DNA of 64,000 bases, from assembly GCA_002269645.1 (NCBI GenBank), contig NIVC01002246.1, positions 232,745 to 296,744 on the forward strand, written 5' to 3'. How positions within the stretch are numbered: position 1 is the stretch's first letter; every line of letters starts with the position of its first letter. Under the pieces are notes generated by a model. It was not told where the DNA came from. It saw nothing but the letters and a program-made list of their open reading frames with translations, and made no database searches. Position numbers and translations under genes: made by a program. The stretch comes from Macrostomum lignano. Taxonomy: Eukaryota. Positions 31,924 to 42,402 of this stretch are shown in pieces.

Positions 31924-34781
31924 TGTGGTATATGATCCTACGTGTGTCTCTCTTTTCTGCCATAGAATTATTTTGTTATGATTCTGCTCTGATACTTTGT
32001 TTTAAGTACTAAGCTGCGAGCTGCCTTGAGGAAAAAAGAACAATCAACCCCGCCTTGGAAGTGGACATTTACCCAGTGAGCAGGCCTGAGGAGCTGTTTG
32101 CAAAACTAAGCGGAGGAAAGCTATTCAGCAAGCTCGATATATCTCAAGCGTTCCTACAACTCGAACTGCAAGAAGAGTGCCGGAAATATACAACTATCAA
32201 TAACACACCTGGGCTTATTCGAGTACAACAGGCTGGTCATGGGACTAGCGAGTTCATCTGCTCAATTTCAAGAGGCAATGGACAAGATACTTCAGGGTCT
32301 GGACGCCGTTTGCTTTATCGACGACATCGTTTTAAAGGCATCGACAGTCGAAGATCACAATAAACTGCTCAGGGACGTGCTAAAGAGACTGCAAGATTAT
32401 GGCATTCGACTCAATCGGTCGAAGTGCCAGTTTATGATGCCGAGTATCGAATTTCTAGGTCACATCATTGATGCCACAGGAGTTCGCCTGTCTCCCAAAA
32501 TAACTAAAGCCATCATTGATACTCCTGTACCAAGCAACACTGCCGAAGTGCATTAGCTGGTTGGTCTAATAAACTACTATCGGAAATTTATTCGAAATCT
32601 ATCAGATCTACTGGAACCGTTAAATAGGTTGCTTCAGAAAGGCGTCGACTTTCAATGGACTGATGAATGCCAGGAGGCGTTCCAAGCATGCAAAGCTATG
32701 CTGAGCTCTGATGAGGTCCTAACGCATTATGACCCCAGCAAGCCACTCGTAGTACAGACGGACGCATCATGCTATGGAGTAGGTGCTGTTCTGTCACACA
32801 CGCTTAAAGACTCGGAAGAGAAGCCTATATGCTATGGATCTCGAAGTTTGTCCAAAGCGGAGCGGAACTACTCTCAGATTGAGAAGGAAGGTTTAGCCAT
32901 CGTGTTCGCGGTAAAGAAATTTCATCAATATCTCTATGGGCGCCAGTTTATCCTGATAACTGATCATAAGCCTCTGGTCACGATTTTTGGGCCTAAGAAC
33001 AACATACCCAGCATTGCCGCCAGCCGTTTACAAAGATGGGCAGTAATTCTTTCAGCCTACAGCTTTGAAATTCGGTACCGACGAACGGAAGACCACGGGA
33101 ATGCGGATGCCTTATCCAGACTGCACACTTCCGAATTTCAAGGAGCAGATGATGCCGTGTTCCAGAATAGGATAGACGCGCAATCGATCGACTCCAATGA
33201 CTTGAAAAGAGCCACTTCGAATGAACCCTTGCTGTCGCGAGTTCTTCGCTACTGCAGAGCTGGTTGGCCAGAATCAGTGGAGGCAGAGTTAAAGCCATTT
33301 CATAGCCGGCGGCATGAGCTGAGCGTGGAAGATGGAGTTCTATTCTGGAATTCGGACAATAATTCCATCAGTGTTAAAAATTCAGCTTCTGCAGCTGCTG
33401 CATGAAGGACACCCCGGAATTGTGGTCATGAAGTCGCTGGCAAGAATGCACATATGGTACCCAGGCATTGATAATGATATAGAAAATTGCTTGGCTAGAT
33501 GCACAGGATGTCAATCGCAACAAAAGCTGCCTGCACAAGCACCGCTACAGCCTCTCAATTGGCCAGAGAAGCCATGGACTCGACTGCACTTGGACTTTTT
33601 CGGCCCATGCTACGGATATACTTGGCTGTTGCTCGTGGACGCCACAACACAACGGAAATCTTCCTAATGAGATCGGCGACCACACCATCAACAGACTCCA
33701 AGAGACGTTCGCTCGCTACGGATATCCGAAGCAGATCCTTACAGACAACGGATCCCAATTTACTGCAAAGGAGTTCAAGGACTACTTAAGGAGTCGCGGA
33801 ATTGTACAAGTTCTAACATCAATTGGGCATCCACGCTCAAATGGGCAAGCCGAACGGATGGTGCAAACAGCAAAGCGAGCCTTAAGGGCTGAGATGAAGA
33901 GCAGCCATGATGCTATAGAAAGCATTAATGCCTTCTTGGCACGATACCGCATGACGCCCCATTCTACTACTGGGAAGTCTCCTGCTGAAATGATGCTCAA
34001 ATACTCAATACGAACCAAACTCAGCATACTTCATCCAGACACGGACCAGCGAGTCGCCGAGAAGCAGCATCAACAAAAAATTCAGTATGACGCAAGAGCC
34101 AGTCCGAAGATCAGAGAGTTCAAGCAAGGCGACAACGTGCTAACGTTGGACTTTAGAAGACAAGCGGAGGACAAATGGGCTGTGGGAACAATCCTTCGAC
34201 GCCGAGCCCCGCTGTCATATCTAGTGAAGGTGGGCCCCATGGTCTGGAAGCGACATGTGGACCACACACTGCCTGCTAGTGCTGCAGAGCAACCCCAGAC
34301 GATCACGGACGAGGTACTGGAACATTTAATCGGCAAGCCTCAACCCGGAGAAAAGGCAACACAGTTGGACAAATGTCAACCTGTTTCACAAACGGATCAA
34401 GCTACCAAGATCGTCAAGCCGTTAGTGCGTCGACGTCGCTATCAGCATGAGAACGTGCCACTAACTGAAACGCGATTGAGGCCTCGAGGAACCGTGATCT
34501 GAATACTATTTTATTAAGATGCGATCTTGAAAGAAAAAACGTACAGGGAGTTACCAATTTTTTTCAAAGGGGTGACATATGTGGTATATGATCCTACGTG
34601 TGTCTCTCTATTCTACCATAGACTTATTTTGTTATGATTCTGCTCGATACTTTGTTTTAAGTACTAAGCTGCGAGCTGCCTTGAGGAAAAAAGGAAAATG
34701 GAAAAAGGAAGAAATATACTCTCGCGCAAACTCTAAACGAAAGAGCATTCCTGGAATTCATTATGGAAACCAGATGCTACA
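31924..34781 (+). mobile_element. Gypsy-type element B, internally deleted (partial 5' LTR fused to mid-RT)
   Basis: TSD GAACC at 31919-23 and 34782-86; 3' LTR 34580-34781 (TGT...ACA) after PPT AAAGGGG; 5' LTR matches for only ~112 bp; RT FIDDI, RNase H TDASCYGVG and integrase present. Confidence 0.9.
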
Positions 34782-34859
34782 GAACCATTGTCCAGGTTGA
34801 TGAACCAACTCAGTGGGTGTCAAACGTCACCATTGTCACATAGATCAAGCCTACTGGCA

Positions 34860-35605
34860 ACGATTCTGATTGTTGCACGCTAGAGCAGATATTTTGACCA
34901 TAGACTATGGTCTAATATTTATTGGTTCGTATTACGTGTTCAAAGATTGCGTGCAGACAATTTTCGCAGGGTAAAAATATAATATGAGAACAACAAGCAA
35001 AAAGCAAAACAAATACGACTCATGTTAGTACAACAAAAAGTGGTGAACACATATGTTATTGCCCTGTCACGTATTCCTACTACTAATTGATATTGATCGT
35101 ACAATTTGCGAACTGGCAGTTGGAGAACACTGCAGAATTGGTATCCTCCCGAAGAGTTGTTGTCTCGTGGCCGATGATGCTTTTGCTGCTAGTAGAGACG
35201 CAGATACCACTGCTGTCGGCATTCACACCGCGTAGTTCTAACGTAGCACCCACAGTAGTTGCCATGTCTAGAATGGCGCTGTCACGCTTCGGGAGAGATC
35301 CGCCGCACAGTAGACTCCATTTGTTGGCCAGTATTGCTCATGATGTCAGACACAGAATAGCCTGAATCTTTCAGATCAGCAATGCGAGTGACGCGGATGC
35401 AGTGGTTTGTATATCCCTTGCTCAGGCTGCACATCTTGCTGATCCGCTGCATGTACGTACATAGCCAGTTTATGCCTCGGACTTGCTTACTTGAGAAAGC
35501 AAATTGTAAAGCGGAACTGGCCATTGGTCGCGGGAACATAGTGTCATCTTTCGTTTCAGACGGAAGGACGGACATGTACAGACGTAGAAGGTCATCCTGC
35601 TTCCC
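34860..35605 (-). pseudogene. Crypton-type (DUF3504-like) tyrosine recombinase 3' fragment embedded in Gypsy A RT
   Basis: LYMSVLP...FPRP...GINWL..YM..IS..CSLSKGYTNHCIRVTRIADLKDSG...IMSNTG matches the YTNHS.R.T...L...G...I...TGH pattern of Crypton recombinases. Confidence 0.75.
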
Positions 35606-37920
35606 GTACAATATCACCCAATCCCAACAGCTGAGGAGGTCCGCATGGCAACTGCTGGAGCCGCTGTATTTAGCACATTCGACGCAAAGGAGAGCTTTCA
35701 CCAGCTTAAGCTAGATGAGAAGAGTTTGTCTCTTACCACTTTCCACACTCCGTTTGGTCGATACAGGTGGAAGCGTGTGCCGTATGGCCTATCTTCGATC
35801 CCAGAAGTGTTTCAGAAACGCATGTAAGAAAATGTTACCAGCCATGTGGAAAACGCAAAAAACTTCTTCGATGATATTATTTTGTGGGGACGCACGATCG
35901 AGGAGCACAATACGGCGGTGCGCCAGCTAATGGAGCAGTGCAAGCGTGCAAACGTGACGCTGAATCCCAGCAAGGTGAAAGTTGGAGTCCCAGAGCTAAG
36001 CTATTCAGGGGACATTCTCGGACCTGATGGACTGAGGGCTGATCCCCAGAAGGTTAAAGCGATCAAAGAGATGGCAAGACCCGATTCTCTTGAAGGCGTG
36101 ACAGCAAAGAAAGAACAGCTGAGGCGGTTTCTTGGCTGCGTCACGTACTTGGCCAGATTCTGCCCACACTTGTCTGCCACTGCAGAGCCACTGAGACACC
36201 TGCTGAAGAAAGAGGTTATATGGAGCTGGGTGGATCAACACGACCAAGCTTGTGATGAGATCGTCGCGGAACTATGCTCAAGCCGAGTGTTAGCCACGTT
36301 TGACACCAACAAGCCTGTCACAGTCTCAGTTGATGCAAGCAAGAGCGGCATCGGCGCAGTGCTTCTTCGAGAGGATCGCCCCGTCGAATACGCGTCTTCG
36401 GCTATGACAAGTGCTCAGCGCGCGTACGCGCAGATTAAGAAGGAGCTTTTGGCCATCGTCTATGGTTGCAAAAAATTCCATCGTTATATCTGGGGTCGTA
36501 CGGTGCAAGTGCAAAGCGATCACAAGCCACTTGAATCGATCTTAAAAAAGGCTTTGTGCGTCACTACTCCTCGAATTCAGCGACTCCTGCTTCAGTTTCA
36601 GCCTTATGACATCCGCGTGAAGTACACGCCCGGCAAAGACCTTTATGTAGCCGACACTTTAAGTCGAGCTCACGGTGCAGCTGATCTTCTCACTATTCAG
36701 CTTGAGACTGCGCTTGACGGCCAAGTTTTATCGGTGGAACGCTGCTTTAGTGGTAATCGAGAAATCTTGCAGATGATGAAGACTGCGACAGCAGATGTGA
36801 CTAGTGAGCGTTTGCGAACTGTCATCCAGGAGGGTTGGCCAGAGCATCGGTCAAAGTTTTCAGATGATCTGAAGCCTTTTTGGGATATTCGAAATGACTT
36901 GACGTATGCCTCCGGTCTTCTATGCCTGAAGGACCGTATCTATGTCCCAAACGGCCACGCCCGGAAATCAGTGCTCAAAATTCTACATGCGGGGCACCCT
37001 GGCATCGTGAAAATGGACTTGAAGGCCAAGGACTATTTCTACTGGCCAGGAATGCAGAACTGCGTAGAGCAGGTCGTTAGTGAATGCGAGTCGTGCCAGT
37101 CGTGTCGCGCTGATGTCTGTGAATATGCCGGATTTTCCGTTCCAAGTCTGTTCGACTGACCTATTTGAGTTCACTGGTGGATCCTACTTGGTGTACGTTG
37201 ACTCCTACAGCTGCTGGATGAGGGTCACACGGATGAGATCAGCCACAAGCTTGGCTGTCGCGAGTGCGATACGGGATCATTTTCAAAGCTTTGGAGTGCC
37301 AGAGAAGCTAGTCAGTGATGGAGGCCCGCAGTTTTCTGCTCGCGAGTTTCGACAGACAATGGCTGAATTCGGAGCACCGAACCTCGAGTCCAACGTACCC
37401 GTAGTCGAACGGGAGAGCTGAGCGCTACGTACAGACAGCTAAAAACATGTTGAAGAAATGCTCCGAGACAGGCCAAAGTCTGGAGTTGTCACTGCTTCAC
37501 TACCGCAACACTCCGGTCGGCAGCGGCTTTCCAAGCCCGGCGGAGATGGCTTTCGGCCGTAAGCTTCGATGTGACCTGCCAGCGACTGTCAAGGACTTGC
37601 GGCCAAAGAAAATTCATCTTCACTCCTGCATTGAGCCTTTTGAAAAAGAGCGCATTAGAGCAGCGCAACTGTACAATCGCCGAGCTCGACCGTTGCAGAA
37701 GCTAGCAGCTGGTGATCTGGTGTGGTTACAACGCGGTCGTCGCGAGTGGGTGGCAGCTGAGATTGATAGTTCGAACCCAGTACGACCTTGGGGAGTTCTC
37801 GCATTCGCTGAGACTGGACAGTTGCTCAGACGGAACCGCCGCTTCATCAGGCCTCGGAAGATTGGTGTGACAGTCGGTGAATTCCAACAGAGCAGCGAAG
37901 AGGACGAGCAGGGAGATTGT

Positions 37921-38100
37921 CAGCCGGCCTCCGTGCAGCCGACCTCCATGCAGCCAGCCTCCATGCAGCCGGCCTCCATGCAGCTGGCCTCCGTGCAGCC
38001 GGCCTCCATGCAGCCGGCCTCCATGCAGCCGGCCTCCATGCAGCTGGCCTCCGTGCAGCCGGCCTCCATGCAGCCGGCCTCCATGCAGCCAGCCGCCGTG
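37921..38100 (+). repeat. 15-bp in-frame repeat (QPASM/QPASV, ~12 units) in the Gypsy A integrase tail
   Basis: CAGCCGGCCTCCATG units. Confidence 0.95.
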
Positions 38101-38786
38101 CAGCGAGATGGGCCTTATCGGACTATGCGTGGCCGAGCTGTCAAGACTCCTGAGTATTACCAGGCAGCCTAAGTACTGTAAGCTGCTGGTGACTGTCACT
38201 TGATGTAGTACTTATTCTTGAGCTAACTTAAACTTTTTAAGCATCTAAAAAATCAGCTTGCAGCATTCGGCCATAACATTGTAATACTTTCTGTATTCCT
38301 CTAATATCTCGGATTGCATGACTTACTAACCTTATAACAAATATGATTTTTGTTTTTATCCTGCTCATACAGTATCTGTTCAATATTTCGTTTTTCATAC
38401 CTTTCTCAGAGATATAAGTTCGCACCAATGCTATTTTATTTCGATCGTTTTCGAATAAATAACTTTCGTAAGGGAGATGTTGTGCATTGCATTGGGCCGT
38501 ATGAATAAAAAAAAGAAATTTTTTTCTTGCAAGAAATCCAAGAATTTCTTGCGTTTATAAGAATAAAAAACTGCGAGTTTCTTGCAAGATTTTTCGCCAA
38601 GAAAATCTCGAGCTTTCACAAGAAAAGATTTGCTCGGCAAGAAAATCTCACGAGGAAAAGATTTTCTTGCTTTCTGATGAATAAAAGACGTGATTTTCTC
38701 GCCGAGAGAGCCGACACTTGAGTTTTATGCGAGCAACTCTTCTCTGGCTCAAGCGAATCTTCAGCGCCCATAACACGAGACACGAG

Positions 38787-39593
38787 ATGTTCCTTCAGAT
38801 CAGAAAGACCAAGGAGTACCTGCCCCGACAGGCCACTCCAGTGGAGACATATAGACAGCTTCATCGATTCACTGAGGATCACGTGACCTTTCTGACAACG
38901 CGCTTCCTAGGACATACTTCCGAGACAAGGGGCGGTGCGCTGACACCGAAACAGAAGATGGAGATCACGCTGCGGTACCTGAGCAACCCTGGCTTTCAAT
39001 CCGGTGTTGCCAAGGAGACAGATGTTCATCAAAGCACGGTGTCAAATGTTGTTTGGGACGTCCTGCAGAGTATCGCGCGGCTGTCTCACGAATGGATTCA
39101 ATTTCCACAGGAAGGTGCTTCAGCGAACCGTGCTAAGGCACAGTTCACTGAAGCAATGGGCTTCCCGTCGGCCATCGGGGCAATTGACTGCACGCATGTG
39201 AGGATCGAAAAGCCCTCAGGAGCAGCCGGTGACGAGTACATCAACCGGAAGGGGTTTCCCTCCATCAATGTTCAGGCAACGTGCTCCGAGAAGTGCGTGT
39301 TCACTAGTTTGGATGCGAGTTGGCCTGGCTCGGTGCACGACAGTAGAGTGCTCAAGAACTCGGCGCTGTACGCGTGAGTACCTCGTATTCATACTTAGAA
39401 TCTGATTCCAAGTGGGCAAATGGTAAACTTTATATATTTTACGTAGCAAGTTAAACACTTTCCAGTCATCTACTCACGACCAGAGTCAATTCTGGAGTGC
39501 TCCTCGGTGACTCTGGGTACGGAATCGAACCGTTCCTAATGACGCCGTATCCGCAACCCGAAACGGAGCAGCAGTTTGAAAAAACAAGCAGTC
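38787..39593 (+). pseudogene. Harbinger-2 transposase (spliced; exons 38787-39373 and 39484-39593; C-terminus apparently missing)
   Basis: GAIDCTHV, NRKGFPSINVQ and WPGSVHDSRV; a GT-AG intron 39374-39483 joins to VLLGDSGY in frame. Confidence 0.85.
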
Positions 39594-39829
39594 GTAAGTA
39601 TGTGATTTTCAGCCTTATAGCGATCAACAAAGCAACAGACAAATGTCTTCTCTTCGTCACATTTTCTCTGTCTAAATAACAAACAAGAAACAGTACAGTG
39701 GTACATATATGCGACTTTCAGCCTTAGAGCGATCAACAAAACAACAAGTACCTATATGCTGTTCGTCGCATTTTTTCGGTCTGAGTTACTAACAACAATT
39801 ACTAACGTCTGCAGGGCCGTCAATCCTGG

Positions 39830-40457
39830 TACCCGTTTCCGTACGACGGAGGGCGAAGAGCAGGTCTGCTCGCCTGAGACTCCATCACCAGTCGCCTTTT
39901 CAGTCTGACGTAGCGCAGCTGCTCCAGCAGCACCAGTCGTTGCAAATCGGCGTTGCCCAACTTCTCGTCTCCTCTGTCTCGCCAGACATGCGACGCTTCC
40001 TCGCTGGTTCCTTAGGCTGCACGGAGGGTGAACGTCTCTCATCAGCTGGCTGTGGCGAGACGACGGTTGCACTTGCTTGGAATCCAGCCGCACTTGCCCC
40101 TGGAGTTTGCGACATTGTTGGATTCGAATCCGCGTCCATTATGCGGGCCAACCTGGATTCCCATGGAAGAAGTTTTATGGGACGATTCCCTGTCCTATTT
40201 CGATCCACCTTGCCCTTCATACGCGTCTTCATGTTGGCGATCTTCTTCGATGTTTTGCCGGTCTCGAACAGCTTTCCTGTCAGCATTTCTAACTCAGCGC
40301 ACAATGCTGCAATGGCCGCCTCCTCCTTCTTCTTCACGACGGGCGTGCTACTCTTTGATAAGAGAACCGGGTGCTTAGAGAGTACGTTGACAATGTAGTC
40401 GGCTTCCTCCTCGGCTTCCTGTTGACTTTCAGACTCGGCATCCGATGCGGCAGACAT
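39830..40457 (-). pseudogene. Harbinger-2 Myb/SANT-like accessory protein, frameshifted near the C-terminus
   Basis: ...KKIANMKTRMKGKVDRNRTGNRPIKLLPWE...; the C-terminal LQRLVLLEQLRY lies in another frame. Confidence 0.75.
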
Positions 40458-41330
40458 GTTTCTCGAGAGAAGATTGCGCGGTTTCAATGAAATCTGGTAG
40501 CATACTTCACTGGTAGGCTATTTACGTCGCTCAGCTTGCGAACGGTCCAAGGACACAGTTTTGTACACACGGCAGCTCCCATTTCTACCCCCCACGCAGC
40601 GTCTTATAACATGCTCGCAGTTTTTTTTGCATTGTTTCTGGGCTCCTGCAAAGAGTAATCACGATATACATGTAAAAAATTGGCAACCATTCGATGCCAG
40701 GACGCTCAATCTCAGGGTAAAATTTCAAAGCAAAGTGACTTTCCTGTCACCTGATGTTCAGGTAAACTCCACATGGATTTTGCCACTTTCTAGTAGGATT
40801 TTTCTGGATGGATTTTCGGTGTTCACGTGGTTTTAGCCATAGACACAGCATGGGCTGCGCCCAAGCCTGAGGAGACGGCCGTCGATTCCACGTCACCGAC
40901 ATCTTGGTTTGGGCCCTAGACAACTTTCAGCCAAGTGGCAGTCGCCGAGAAAATCTCACGAGCCGAGAAACTTTTATTCATGTCTTTTCTAGAATATCTT
41001 GACTCGTAAGATTTTCTCCAACAGATTTTCTTGCCGGAAAAGAATTTCTTTAAAGAAATTCTTGGCTCGAAAGATAATCTTTAAAGATTTTCTCACGTTT
41101 TATTCATACGGCCCATTGTGTATCGATGTATCGGGTGATTTGATTTTACTGAGAGCTCAATCCATCCATTCAATAATGCTAAAATGCTTCATTTATGCGC
41201 ACTGGCTTTGTGTACGTTCTACAATGTGCATCGCTGGCTTAGTTAAATATATAAGTCGGGGCTAGGCCAGTTTCTAGCCATAAGAGTTTTTAACTAGCCT
41301 TACACACTGACTCTTCTCAAAAAACTAACA

Positions 41331-41970
41331 GTCATTGTTCTCAAATTCCGTGTATAGACTACTACTGTGCAACACTCGAGCATCGTTGACACTTCCAGGC
41401 CATGAAGCATTGCATGCCAAGAACTGGTGCTGTAGGCCAGCAACTCGCATCACGTTCGAAGAGTGGTTCCCCTTACGGTCGACAAACTGCTCCTCGTTAT
41501 TTCTTGGCGACACAAACGGCACGAGAGTCCTATCGATAATGCCACTGACCGACGGCATAGACGCTTTGTGAAAAAACTTCCGGCAGATTGATAATGAAGC
41601 ATCTTGATTCGGCCAGCCGACAACTCTTAAAAGAGTTCCTCATTTACCAACCGCGAGACTTTGCGGACCACTTGACAGACAGTAGCTTCGGGTGGCCCGT
41701 GTGCGTCTCTGAACATGTGGTAGAAGCTGTTTGTGGCATAAACCGAAGTGCTGTTAGAAGCTGCTCCGTTGGAGACAAAGCTTGGTTTTTTTGCGTTGCA
41801 GGTGATAATTGCTCTCCGATTCGTTGCAGCAACTCCTCCGCGGTAGCAGGGTTGACACGAAAGCGTTCTCTGAAGTCTGCATTGACAAGGAAGTTCCTCC
41901 TGTCAAGAAAATACGCGGAGATCGGCGTTGCTTCGCACGCAGCAAATCATGCGAATGCAAAAATTCCATT
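41331..41970 (-). pseudogene. Harbinger-1 transposase, 5' fragment
   Basis: FRERFRV...LSPTEQLLTALRF, then GIIDRTLV...FVDRKGNHSSNV...ASWPGSVNDARVL (DDE_Tnp_4-type motifs), frameshifted. A TIR-like end GGGGTCAATTTTATAAAAC lies at ~42170-42188. Confidence 0.85.
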
Positions 41971-42349
41971 TCTGACTTGGATAAAAGTTAATCAGTTAAA
42001 ATTTTGCTCTAACTATCAGTCTGCTTGTTTTATAAAATCGAATCTTTACTCTGCAGTAGATTTATAAATCTAAAACCATAGACAGTTAACCGTGGTTAGC
42101 TACCAGTGTGTTTATAAAACTCGACCCCAAACTTTAACCATTAACTATAGATAAATATCTGCTATCTGTGTTTTATAAAATTGACCCCTCTGCTGTTAGT
42201 AATAGGTGACTGTGATTTGCTTGTAACCCTTATATTCTACCGTAAATGTCGTTTCTTAGAATCCGACATTCCGACTATAGATAACTGTCCGTTTCTCGGA
42301 TAACCCGGCTAAATTAATAGTTTCTTGTAATCTGACTGAATAAGAGGTA

Positions 42350-42402
42350 GAAGAGGGAGACAGGGAGGAGAGGGAGAGAGGGAAGAGAGAGAGAGAGAGA
42401 GA
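42350..42402. repeat. (GA)n-rich microsatellite
   Basis: Seen directly. Confidence 0.9.

Larger units (their letters stand above)
38494..41114. mobile_element. Harbinger-2 transposon (2.6 kb) inserted in the 3' LTR of Gypsy A
   Basis: TIR GGGCCGTATGAATAAAA at both ends; 3-bp TSD ATT (38491-93, 41115-17); convergent transposase and Myb/SANT genes; subterminal TTCTTGCAAGAA-type repeats. Confidence 0.92.
29219..41330 (+). mobile_element. Gypsy-type LTR retrotransposon A, near full length and decayed, hosting four later insertions
   Basis: LTRs 29219-~29443 and 38478-41330 (the latter split by Harbinger-2); PPT AAGGGAGA before 38478; TSD ATCAT/GTCAT; gag 29466-30500, protease DTGAD, RT FFDDI, RNase H DASKSGIG and integrase to 38172. 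Confidence 0.9.

Noticed and set aside
29231-41330. About 200-bp direct repeat (29231-29430 and 41115-41313) first read as a segmental duplication or Harbinger intron
   Set aside because: Explained as the two LTRs of Gypsy A (PPT, TG start, TSD and restored host frame).
42230-42270. TATTCTACCGTAAATGTCGTTTCTTAG as a DIRS terminal motif
   Set aside because: Resemblance only; no RT, recombinase ORF or partner repeat was found.
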